The notes under the pieces were generated by a model that was given only the letters and a program-made list of their open reading frames with translations, made no database searches and had not been told where the DNA came from. The translations under genes were made by a program, and so were the position numbers. A stretch of 39,531 bases of DNA from an uncultured Gammaproteobacteria bacterium (GTDB lineage: Bacteria > Patescibacteriota > Patescibacteriia > Patescibacteriales > CAYMCJ01), in the NCBI GenBank assembly GCA_964395755.1, contig CAYNBD010000001.1:1-39531 (forward strand), given 5' to 3'. Shown here in pieces: positions 25,925 to 32,704 of this stretch. Positions within the stretch are counted from its first letter, which is position 1. The number at the start of each line of letters is the position of its first letter.

Positions 25925-26165
25925 TCCTCCTCGTTTTTAGAGGGTTTGAGCGCGACAGGTACCCTGGGGAAAATAACTTGGCCGGGGCACTCCGGCTGTT
26001 ATTTCCTTTCCCGGGGTGAACGCCGTTGCTTTACAGCCGGAAGCAAGAGAGGGTCTTCTGACAGCGGAATTCAGCCACCCGGACTTACGTCCGCCTCTAA
26101 ATTCATATCAGTTCCGTTCTTGTTCGTCTGCCCCGCCTGTCAACGGGAATTTTTTAAAGAACTTC
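25925..26165 (-). ncRNA. Candidate structured 5' leader (riboswitch-like) of the 160 aa gene
   Basis: GC-rich and non-coding. The closing helix is GACAGG/CCTGTC (26136-26141 with 25954-25959). On the minus strand there is a CGGAC-GUAA-GUCCG hairpin with a GNRA loop (26080-26093). The loop of hairpin 26026-26046 is complementary over 8 nt to 25992-25999. A CCCUCU tract lies next to the SD. Confidence 0.4.
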
Positions 26166-26172
26166 AAATTAG

Positions 26173-26199
26173 CTTATACTTTAACAATAAAAATGTCAA
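26173..26199 (-). promoter_or_regulatory. Weak candidate promoter (TTGACA-15 nt-TATAAG) for the leader
   Basis: Reverse complement of TGTCAA (26194-26199) and CTTATA (26173-26178). The 15 nt spacer is suboptimal. Confidence 0.3.
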
Positions 26200-26240
26200 A
26201 TATTTGCCTAAAAAATAAACTTATGTTAGCATAAAACTAT

Positions 26241-26297
26241 AATCCGAATGCTCCGAATATTTATAAATAAATTATTTCGGTCATTCGGAGCATTTGG
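26241..26297. repeat. Word palindrome (CCGAAT/ATTCGG words)
   Basis: AATCCGAATGCTCCGAATAT faces TATTTCGGTCATTCGGAGCATTTGG. Confidence 0.8.
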
Positions 26298-26326
26298 ATA
26301 TATTTGTAGATTTGGATTATATTTTT

Positions 26327-27127
26327 ATGAGAAATATTAAAATCATTTTCATCGGCGACATTAGCGGCCGCATCGGCCGGCAGGCCGTGGCTAAAATTTT
26401 GCCCAAAATTAAAAAGCAGTACCAGCCGGATTTGGTCATTGCGAATGCGGACAACATTGCCCATGGTTCCGGCATTACCGAAGATACTCTTAAAGAGTTA
26501 ATGGCGGTCGGGATTGATTATTTTACCAACGGCGACCATTGTTTTGATCGGGCCAAGCAACTGGAATGCTACGATAAGCTGCCGGTTATCAGACCGGCTA
26601 ATTATTCGCCGGAAGCGCCCGGCAAAGGGTATGCTGTTTTGAAAATTAGGGGGCAAAAATTTTTACTGCTTAATTTAATCGGCCGGGTGTTTATGGACAA
26701 GGACCATGAATGTCCGTTTAGGCAGGCCGGGGAAATTTTGGCTATGTTTGCAAAAGAAAATTTATCTGCTATAATAATTGATATGCATGCCGAAGCCACC
26801 TCGGAAAAAGTTTCCCTGGCTCATTATCTGGACGGACGGGTGAGCGCGGTTCTGGGCACGCATACCCATGTTATGACCGCGGACGCGAACATTACGGATC
26901 AGGGCACGGCTTACTTGACTGATGTCGGCATGACCGGAGCCGCGGATGAATGCATAGGCGTAGCTAAGGAAGGCATTATCAAGACATTTTTGAGCCAGAT
27001 CAAGTATCCGCACGTGATTCCGGAAAAAGGCCGGGCCATGCTCAACGCGGTTTTGGTGGAGATAAATCCCAGGAATGCCCGGGCAACCGTGATTAAACCG
27101 ATTATTAAATTTGTTAATATAAAATAA
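26327..27127 (+). CDS. ymdB: YmdB-like metallophosphoesterase (2',3'-cyclic-nucleotide 2'-phosphodiesterase family, TIGR00282)
   Basis: IIFIGDISGRIGR, NADNIAHGSGIT, TNGDHCFD, DMHAEATSEK, GTHTHVMTAD, TDVGMTG. I prefer ATG 26327 over TTG 26294. Confidence 0.85.
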   Translation: MRNIKIIFIGDISGRIGRQAVAKILPKIKKQYQPDLVIANADNIAHGSGITEDTLKELMAVGIDYFTNGDHCFDRAKQLECYDKLPVIRPANYSPEAPGKGYAVLKIRGQKFLLLNLIGRVFMDKDHECPFRQAGEILAMFAKENLSAIIIDMHAEATSEKVSLAHYLDGRVSAVLGTHTHVMTADANITDQGTAYLTDVGMTGAADECIGVAKEGIIKTFLSQIKYPHVIPEKGRAMLNAVLVEINPRNARATVIKPIIKFVNIK

Positions 27128-27133
27128 TTTTAA

Positions 27134-27208
27134 AAAGAGAAATAAGTAAAATAAGAAAAATAAGAAATATTTTTTATTCTTTCGCTTATTCTTATTTTCT
27201 TATTTATT
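27134..27208. repeat. Palindrome of AATAAGAA words (third locus of this family)
   Basis: AGAGAAATAAGTAAAATAAGAAAAATAAGAAAT faces TTATTCTTTCGCTTATTCTTATTTTCTTATTT. Confidence 0.85.
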
Positions 27209-27221
27209 AATTTATAAAACT

Positions 27222-27515
27222 ATGAATAAAGCAGGTTTAATTGAAAAAATTGCGGCCGGAGCGGCCGTAACCAAAAAGCAGGCCGAAGAGATGCTGGAAA
27301 CCCTGGTGAGCACCATCATCAAGGAAATCAAGGCCGGCAAAGAAGTTACCATTACCGGCTTTGGCACTTTTTTGGCCCGCACCCGCCATGCCCGCCGGGG
27401 CGTTAATCCGCAAAAGCCCTCGGAAAGGATTCAGATCCCGGAAGTGACAGTGGCTAAATTCAAGACCGGCAAAACCCTGAAAGACGCCCTTAAAGGCAAA
27501 CGTTCCGATTATTAA
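27222..27515 (+). CDS. hup: HU-family DNA-binding protein
   Basis: MNKAGLIEKIA...ITGFGTF..R.R.AR.GVNPQ....I.IP......FK.GK.LKDAL. Confidence 0.9.
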   Translation: MNKAGLIEKIAAGAAVTKKQAEEMLETLVSTIIKEIKAGKEVTITGFGTFLARTRHARRGVNPQKPSERIQIPEVTVAKFKTGKTLKDALKGKRSDY

Positions 27516-27533
27516 TTTGAGACGCGGTTAAAT

Positions 27534-27577
27534 AAAACCAAAAAGACAGCCCTATTTTTAGGGGTGTCTTTTTGGTT
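27534..27577. terminator. Bidirectional terminator shared by hup and the tRNA operon
   Basis: AAAACCAAAAAGACAGCCC TATTTTTA GGGGTGTCTTTTTGGTT. Confidence 0.8.
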
Positions 27578-27578
27578 G

Positions 27579-27651
27579 TGCGCCCAGGAGGATTCGAACC
27601 CCCGACCGTTTGCTTAAGAGGCAACTGCTCTACCAGCTGAGCTATGAGCGC
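27579..27651 (-). tRNA. tRNA-Lys (anticodon CTT), 73 nt, no encoded CCA
   Basis: Hand-folded cloverleaf: acceptor GCGCTCA/TGGGCGC, D stem GCTC/GAGC, anticodon loop CTCTTAA, T arm GGGGG-TTCGAAT-CCTCC, discriminator A. Confidence 0.85.
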
Positions 27652-27657
27652 TCATTT

Positions 27658-27738
27658 AGTTATAAAGTTTAAAGTAGAAAGTTATAAAATAAATTTTAAC
27701 ACTTTTAACTTTACAACTTTATAATTTTTACTAATTAG
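27658..27738. repeat. Word palindrome (AAGTT/AACTT words) between tRNA-Met and tRNA-Lys
   Basis: AGTTATAAAGTTTAAAGTAGAAAGTTATAAAA faces TTTTAACACTTTTAACTTTACAACTTTATAA. Confidence 0.8.
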
Positions 27739-27812
27739 TAGCTGGGGTGGGGATTGAACCCACGACCTTAGCGTTATGAGTGCTACGCTCTAACCAACTG
27801 AGCTACCCAGCC
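27739..27812 (-). tRNA. tRNA with CAT anticodon (elongator Met or lysidine-type Ile2), 74 nt
   Basis: Acceptor GGCTGGG/CCCAGCT (G1-U72 wobble), D arm GCTC-AGTTGGTTA-GAGC, anticodon loop CTCATAA, T arm GTGGG-TTCAATC-CCCAC. It lacks the three G-C pairs of initiator anticodon stems. Confidence 0.8.
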
Positions 27813-27815
27813 ATG

Positions 27816-27887
27816 TGCTCCCGTCAGGACTCGAACCCAAAATCCTTGGTCCGAAGCCAAGTGTGATATCCATTTCACCACGGGAGC
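27816..27887 (-). tRNA. tRNA-Arg (anticodon TCG), 72 nt
   Basis: Acceptor GCTCCCG/CGGGAGC, D arm GTGA-AATGGATA-TCAC, anticodon stem CTTGG/CCAAG with loop CTTCGGA, T loop TTCGAGT. Confidence 0.85.
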
Positions 27888-27909
27888 AAATATGTTGCTA
27901 ACATATTTT

Positions 27910-27939
27910 ATTATAAAAAACTCCGTTGCTGGAGTTCAA
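27910..27939 (-). promoter_or_regulatory. Promoter of the tRNA operon (TTGAAC-18 nt-TATAAT)
   Basis: Minus strand reads TTGAAC TCCAGCAACGGAGTTTTT TATAAT, about 20 nt upstream of tRNA-Arg. Confidence 0.6.
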
Positions 27940-27985
27940 AATTATACTAACACAATCCGAGAGAAAAATCAAGTCCGTCGTCGTC

Positions 27986-28024
27986 AATTACAGAGTTAAC
28001 TCTGTAATTAACAATGATCAATGA
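27986..28024. repeat. Perfect 24 nt palindrome plus tandem CAATGAT x2
   Basis: AATTACAGAGTT|AACTCTGTAATT (27986-28009), then AACAATGATCAATGATCAA. Confidence 0.85.
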
Positions 28025-28402
28025 TCAACTGTTCTTTCGGCTGGCTTTTCTGGCGCCGTCTTCATTAGAGCCGAAATGATGGGCGATTTCATGCCTGACC
28101 GTGCTGGTTACTTTTTCCCTGACCTCTGCTTCGTTGGCGCTATGCGCGCAAATCGGCTGGCGAAAAATCGTAATCCGGTCCGGCAAAACCGGGCCGAAGT
28201 TAAGCCTTTTGGCCTGGCAGTAGCCCTCAAACAAGCCGAATAAAGTGTATCGGCTTTTTCTTCCCACCTTGCCCAACTGCTCCGGCGTTGGGTAATCTTC
28301 GACGAAAATAGCCGCGTTATTAATTTTGGCTTTAATATTATTCGGTAAATTATCCAGAGCTTCAACTACTAATTGTTCAAATTTTTCTTTGTCTATATTC
28401 AT
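28025..28402 (-). CDS. Zincin-like metallopeptidase family protein (Zincin_1/DUF1025-like)
   Basis: HEIAHHFG zinc motif near the C-terminus. Size and N-terminal FE.LV.EAL..LP pattern are typical of the family. There is a 4 nt overlap (ATGA) with the upstream methyltransferase gene. Confidence 0.7.
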   Translation of the reverse strand: MNIDKEKFEQLVVEALDNLPNNIKAKINNAAIFVEDYPTPEQLGKVGRKSRYTLFGLFEGYCQAKRLNFGPVLPDRITIFRQPICAHSANEAEVREKVTSTVRHEIAHHFGSNEDGARKASRKNS

Positions 28403-29091
28403 TTTTTTAAAAGCGCGTAATAATTAAATTTATCTTTGTAAAGTTTTTCAATTTTCAGCCCGGCTTGGCGGCTGATTTTTTTCAGTTCGCGCTTGGTAAA
28501 AGCGTGGTAATATCTTTTGACTATATTACTGAAGCCGGAAAAAATAATGTCGCCCCAGTCCATCTTGTTTTTTTTAATAATTTTTAAGAGGGCGAATTTA
28601 AAAATAATTTTTCTGAATTTATGCTGCGGCCACATATTCCAGACGGCGATAATGATTTTGCCGTTTTTATTCAGCTTGTTTTTAAGCTGCCTTAAGGCCT
28701 GGACGCGCAGATTTTTTCCCGGCAGATGATGCAGGACCGCCAGGCAGAAAACGTAATCAAAATTTATTTCCGGAATTTGCCCCAGCTCCAGGATATCGCC
28801 GCAGACGAATTTATTGTGCGGATGATTAACGCGGGCGGTTTTTAAAATATTTGCACTGCTGTCTACGCCCAGATAGTCTATGTTTCTGCCGGCTAGGATT
28901 TTTAACAGCCGGCCGTTGCCGCAGCCTATATCCAGGACTTTATCGCTATCTTTTACCTGCTGGCTTAATTTTACCAATTCCGCCCACAGCAGCCCGGAAT
29001 TTTTATTTCTGGTTTTATTAAATTCTACGGCCACTGCGTCGTAGTTCTTTTGCACCAGTTTTAGCAGTTGTTTTTGCGTATCGGTATCCAT
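28399..29091 (-). CDS. Class I SAM-dependent methyltransferase
   Basis: Motif I VLDIGCGNGRL, motif II D.VFC, post-I LGVD. The start was moved to ATG 29091 because 29092-29139 is the ATTCGCG palindrome. Confidence 0.8.
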   Translation of the reverse strand: MDTDTQKQLLKLVQKNYDAVAVEFNKTRNKNSGLLWAELVKLSQQVKDSDKVLDIGCGNGRLLKILAGRNIDYLGVDSSANILKTARVNHPHNKFVCGDILELGQIPEINFDYVFCLAVLHHLPGKNLRVQALRQLKNKLNKNGKIIIAVWNMWPQHKFRKIIFKFALLKIIKKNKMDWGDIIFSGFSNIVKRYYHAFTKRELKKISRQAGLKIEKLYKDKFNYYALLKK

Positions 29092-29101
29092 AGGTGTTAT
29101 A

Positions 29102-29145
29102 ACGCGAATGACGCGAATTATACTATCATTCGCGTTCATTCGCGT
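29102..29145. repeat. Word palindrome (ACGCGAAT/ATTCGCGT words) directly after the recQ stop
   Basis: ACGCGAATGACGCGAAT (29102-29118) faces ATTCGCGTTCATTCGCGT (29128-29145). Confidence 0.85.
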
Positions 29146-29146
29146 A

Positions 29147-31279
29147 TTAGTGTTCTCTCCTAAATTTCGCCAGCGTTAATCTAATGTCATCATATTCTGC
29201 TTCTTCACCCAGATATTCATAGATCGGTTTTAACTTGGCAAAGCCCACTTCCCGGCCGGCAGCGATTATTTTTTTCTGTAAGCCGGGCTTGACGAGCTCA
29301 TTGATTTTTCCCGGTTTAATCAGCCCTTTTTCCAGTAAAAAGCAAAGATGGTTGGCGATTGTACTTGCTTGCAGTTCTCTTTTTTGGGCAATTTCCGGCA
29401 TGGTTAGCCCCTTATTAAATAATTCTAAAGTTTCCAATTGGGTCAGCTTGGTATTCAAGGTTGATTTATGCTCCCCCGGAGTTGATATATTGCCGCCATT
29501 GGACTTTTGTCTTTTTATTTTATAACTTTCAGTTTTTCTGCCGGGAGCGTCGTTTTTTCTTTGGTAGCCATTGGCGGTTAAGCAATTATCGCATTTTTTG
29601 CAGGCGGGAGCATCGGTATCGCCGAAATAATTCAGAATGTATTTTTGCCGGCAGTAAAAATGATAAACATAATCTTCCATTTTGTCCAGTTTGGCGTAGG
29701 CGTTTTTTAACTTGGCGCGCAAAGCGGAAAAATCGATTTTTAATTCTTGCGGCTTGACCCTTTTAAGAATGTTGATTTCCGTGCCTTTGAAGGGCGGTTG
29801 ATATTCGGCCCTGCCACCCTCCGACAGTTTGCGCAGCAGGCGCAACAAAGATTCTTTTTTAACTTGCAGGATGCCGGCGGTTGCTTCCGGGTTAAAATGC
29901 CAGCCCTTTTTCAATTCCGCGGCAAAACGGTTCTGCATTTTTTTTATAATTTCAGCCTGCTTTTTAGCCCGACTGCCGAGTGAATTTAAAATAGAATTGA
30001 AATCTGTTTTTAATTTCAAGTAAGCATTGGCGGTTTTTTCATTGGGCCGGGAAATATAGCCTTCCCGCTCCAGAATTTTTAAAGAAGTGCCGATTGCCAT
30101 TTCCGGCACCTGCTCGGACAGCCTGGTTGCCAGCTCGGCATAGGTAATTAAAGCCGTATCCGCATCATTAGCCGTTAAAGTTTCATAGACTTCCAGGATG
30201 ATTTCCGGCGGGGGATTGTCGCCTTTGATAAAAAATTCCCGCAAATGGCGGTCGCGGGGCGAATAGAGCAACAAGCAAAAACTGGGCTTGCCGTCCCGTC
30301 CGGCCCGGCCGGCTTCCTGGTAATAAGCTTCAATCGTGCCGGGCATGTCGTAATGAATGACAAAGCGGGTATCCGGCTTGTCAATGCCCAGGCCGAAAGC
30401 ATTAGTGGCGACGATTATTTTTACCCGGCCGCTCATAAAATTTTCCTGAACCCATTTTCTGTCTTCCGGATACATGCCGGCGTGATAAGCGACCGCTTCA
30501 ATATCATGTTCAAGTAAAATTTGAGTTAGTTCGTCAACTTTGGCCCGCGTACCCACATAAATAATTCCGGCGCCGTCCGGGGCGCTGGATATGGCATCAA
30601 GCACCAGTTGGGGCTTCATAGCCTCGCTGGCCTGGATAACCCCGAATTGCAAATTAGGGCGGGCAAAACCGGTGATAATCAGGTTAGGATTAATTATTCC
30701 TAACTGCGCTATTATATCTTCTCTGACTTCAGGCGTGGCCGTGGCAGTCAAAGCCACTACGGTGGGGTGGCCGATAAGTTCAATCGTCTGCCTTAATTTT
30801 AAATAGCTGGGCCGGAAGTCATGCCCCCATTGGCTGATGCAATGGGCTTCGTCAATGGCGAATAAGCTGACGTTGATGCCGGCCAGGGCGTTTAAAAATT
30901 CCCGGTTGTAAAATCTTTCCGGCGCGATGTAGAGAAGTTTGTATAAGCCGGCTTTGACGTCTCGCAGGCGCTGGTCGGTTTCGGCCGGAGTCAGGGAAGA
31001 ATTGATAAAGGTAGCCGGCAGACCCTGTTTTTCCAGGCCGTCAACCTGGTCTTTCATCAGGGCAATCAGGGGGGAGATAACAATCGTAATGCCGTCTAGG
31101 ACCAGACTGGGCAGCTGGTAAATCAGGGATTTGCCCCCGCCGGTGGGCATAATCACCAGGGTATTTTTTCCGGCCAGGATATTATCAAGCGCTTCTTCTT
31201 GCCCGGGCCAGAAGCTCTTAAAACCGTAATGAAGTTTTAGCAGTTCGGTTAGTTGTTGTTTTTTGTTGTTATTTAACAT
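29147..31279 (-). CDS. recQ: ATP-dependent DNA helicase RecQ with a C-terminal HTH extension
   Basis: FWPGQEEA, Walker A MPTGGGKSL, DEAH box DEAHCISQWGHDFRP, zinc-binding CRQ...CKKCDNC, C-terminal helix-turn-helix-like region (TMPEIAQKRELQASTIANHL). Confidence 0.93.
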   Translation of the reverse strand: MLNNNKKQQLTELLKLHYGFKSFWPGQEEALDNILAGKNTLVIMPTGGGKSLIYQLPSLVLDGITIVISPLIALMKDQVDGLEKQGLPATFINSSLTPAETDQRLRDVKAGLYKLLYIAPERFYNREFLNALAGINVSLFAIDEAHCISQWGHDFRPSYLKLRQTIELIGHPTVVALTATATPEVREDIIAQLGIINPNLIITGFARPNLQFGVIQASEAMKPQLVLDAISSAPDGAGIIYVGTRAKVDELTQILLEHDIEAVAYHAGMYPEDRKWVQENFMSGRVKIIVATNAFGLGIDKPDTRFVIHYDMPGTIEAYYQEAGRAGRDGKPSFCLLLYSPRDRHLREFFIKGDNPPPEIILEVYETLTANDADTALITYAELATRLSEQVPEMAIGTSLKILEREGYISRPNEKTANAYLKLKTDFNSILNSLGSRAKKQAEIIKKMQNRFAAELKKGWHFNPEATAGILQVKKESLLRLLRKLSEGGRAEYQPPFKGTEINILKRVKPQELKIDFSALRAKLKNAYAKLDKMEDYVYHFYCRQKYILNYFGDTDAPACKKCDNCLTANGYQRKNDAPGRKTESYKIKRQKSNGGNISTPGEHKSTLNTKLTQLETLELFNKGLTMPEIAQKRELQASTIANHLCFLLEKGLIKPGKINELVKPGLQKKIIAAGREVGFAKLKPIYEYLGEEAEYDDIRLTLAKFRREH

Positions 31280-31351
31280 TTTATTAGATATTTAAATATC
31301 ATTGATGGTGTTATCGGCTTTGATGATAATTTAATGAGGGGGTTTAATGAT

Positions 31352-31383
31352 GGTGTTAAACACCCTATAGGGTGTTTAACACC
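31352..31383. promoter_or_regulatory. Perfect 32 nt palindrome in the divergent recQ / amidohydrolase control region (candidate operator)
   Basis: GGTGTTAAACACCCTA|TAGGGTGTTTAACACC, 16+16 nt with no mismatch. Confidence 0.5.
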
Positions 31384-31437
31384 TTGTTTAATGGAACTTA
31401 GTTCCGTTATAGTTCTGTTCTTTGCGCATAAATAAAA

Positions 31438-31466
31438 TTGACAAAAGCGAATTTATCAACTAACTT
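31438..31466 (+). promoter_or_regulatory. Candidate promoter (TTGACA-17 nt-TAACTT)
   Basis: TTGACA at 31438-31443 and TAACTT at 31461-31466. Confidence 0.45.
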
Positions 31467-31490
31467 AAGAGTAGCAAATTTGAGGGATTT

Positions 31491-31530
31491 GAGCAAAAGA
31501 GAGGGCGGCTTTGCTCTTTACATAAATTTA
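31491..31530 (+). promoter_or_regulatory. Terminator-like hairpin inside the leader of the dihydroorotase-like gene (possible attenuator)
   Basis: GAGCAAA-AGAGAGGGCGGC-TTTGCTC followed by TTTACATAAATTT. Confidence 0.35.
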
Positions 31531-31558
31531 TAAATATAAAGGAGAAAGGAGCCATAAA

Positions 31559-32647
31559 ATGGCGGAAAAAATATTTTTTAGTATTCCTAAAAATGTTATA
31601 AATTTACATTGTCATGGCAGGGGCTTTAAACAAAGGCATAGAGCGACTATTTTACAGTTGCTTACCGAAGCTAAAAAGGGCTTGGTAAGCATTCTGGCTT
31701 TTATGCCCAATACAATTCCCCCGATTGCGGATATCCCCATGCTTAGCGCCTGTTTGAATTTGGTAAAGCGCGCCCGGAAGAAATTAAGTATTTCCCGTGA
31801 ACAGAAAGTTTGGTTCGGGGTAACCGATGATAATTTATCAGCCTGCGAACAGGCTTTGGAATTTGATGAGGTTATTGGTTTAAAAATTTATCCTTTGGCT
31901 GCGGACGGTAAGCCTGTAACTACCGGAACTATCGGGGTAAAATATGATAAAACAATAAAGAGAGCTATGGAGTTGGCGCGGACGGCGGGAAAAGCGGTGG
32001 CGGTTCATTGTGATGATCCGGCTATTATTGCCCGTTTTGGCAATACGATTGAGGCCGAAGTCAGTTATGTAAAAAAGATTTTGAGTTGGGCGCGTGAAGT
32101 AGAAGGGGTTAAAATAGTAATTGTGCATGTTTCCTGCAAAAAAAGCGCGGATTTAATACTGGCGGCCCAGGCAGAGGGCATAAAGGTTATGCTGGAATTA
32201 TGTTCTCATTATTTATGGTTTGATAATGAAGGCACCAACTGGAATCCTGCATTAGACTCCGCATTTTACCATTGTTTTAATAATTTGCGCGGGGCGAAGG
32301 ACCGAGAATATCTCGTTAGTCTTTTAAAAACAGATAATCTTTTGCTAATGGTCAGTACGGATGACGCTTGGCATACTGCGGAAGAAAAATTAAGCGCCAA
32401 ACGCCCGAGAGGCTTGCCTTCAATCAGGGAAATGGTTCCTTTAATGGTTACTTTGGCGGTTGAGAACGGAATTTCCGCGGAAAGAGTGGCCCAGCTTATT
32501 TCTTATAATGCCAGTGATTTTTTTAATATCCCCGTATCAAAAGAATTGGTAAATTACGAGTGGGAGCGAAAAGCGGATGATATATTGTATAATGGTGGTA
32601 CGGTGACTAATCCCTGGAATGGTTCCAAATTATTTTTTCCCGTTTGA
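31559..32647 (+). CDS. Dihydroorotase-like cyclic amidohydrolase
   Basis: HxH (NLHCHGRG), GLKIYP (candidate carbamylated Lys), AVHCDD, IVHVS, STDDAWH (the position of DHAPH). Strong GGAG SD. It is convergent with the pyrK-pyrD fusion. Confidence 0.55.
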   Translation: MAEKIFFSIPKNVINLHCHGRGFKQRHRATILQLLTEAKKGLVSILAFMPNTIPPIADIPMLSACLNLVKRARKKLSISREQKVWFGVTDDNLSACEQALEFDEVIGLKIYPLAADGKPVTTGTIGVKYDKTIKRAMELARTAGKAVAVHCDDPAIIARFGNTIEAEVSYVKKILSWAREVEGVKIVIVHVSCKKSADLILAAQAEGIKVMLELCSHYLWFDNEGTNWNPALDSAFYHCFNNLRGAKDREYLVSLLKTDNLLLMVSTDDAWHTAEEKLSAKRPRGLPSIREMVPLMVTLAVENGISAERVAQLISYNASDFFNIPVSKELVNYEWERKADDILYNGGTVTNPWNGSKLFFPV

Positions 32648-32659
32648 AAATTATTCCAT

Positions 32660-32704
32660 AAAAAGAGGCCGGCTTTATTTGTTTCATAAGCCGACCTTAT
32701 TTTT
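32660..32704. terminator. Bidirectional terminator between convergent genes
   Basis: AAAAAGAGGCCGGCTTTAT TTGTTTC ATAAGCCGACCTTATTTTT. Confidence 0.65.

Noticed and set aside
25930-25975. preQ1-I riboswitch, because ACCCUCUAAAAAC followed by the SD resembles the Bacillus queC aptamer tail.
   Set aside because: The only possible P1 (AGGG/CCCU) would enclose an 18 nt loop, much longer than the class allows. The downstream protein resembles no queuosine gene.
25946-26234. Two overlapping plus-strand ORFs (90 aa and 72 aa) in the GC-rich region.
   Set aside because: They have no RBS or start context and overlap each other in different frames. The region shows extensive hairpin structure with a GNRA loop on the opposite strand, so it is better explained as a structured leader.
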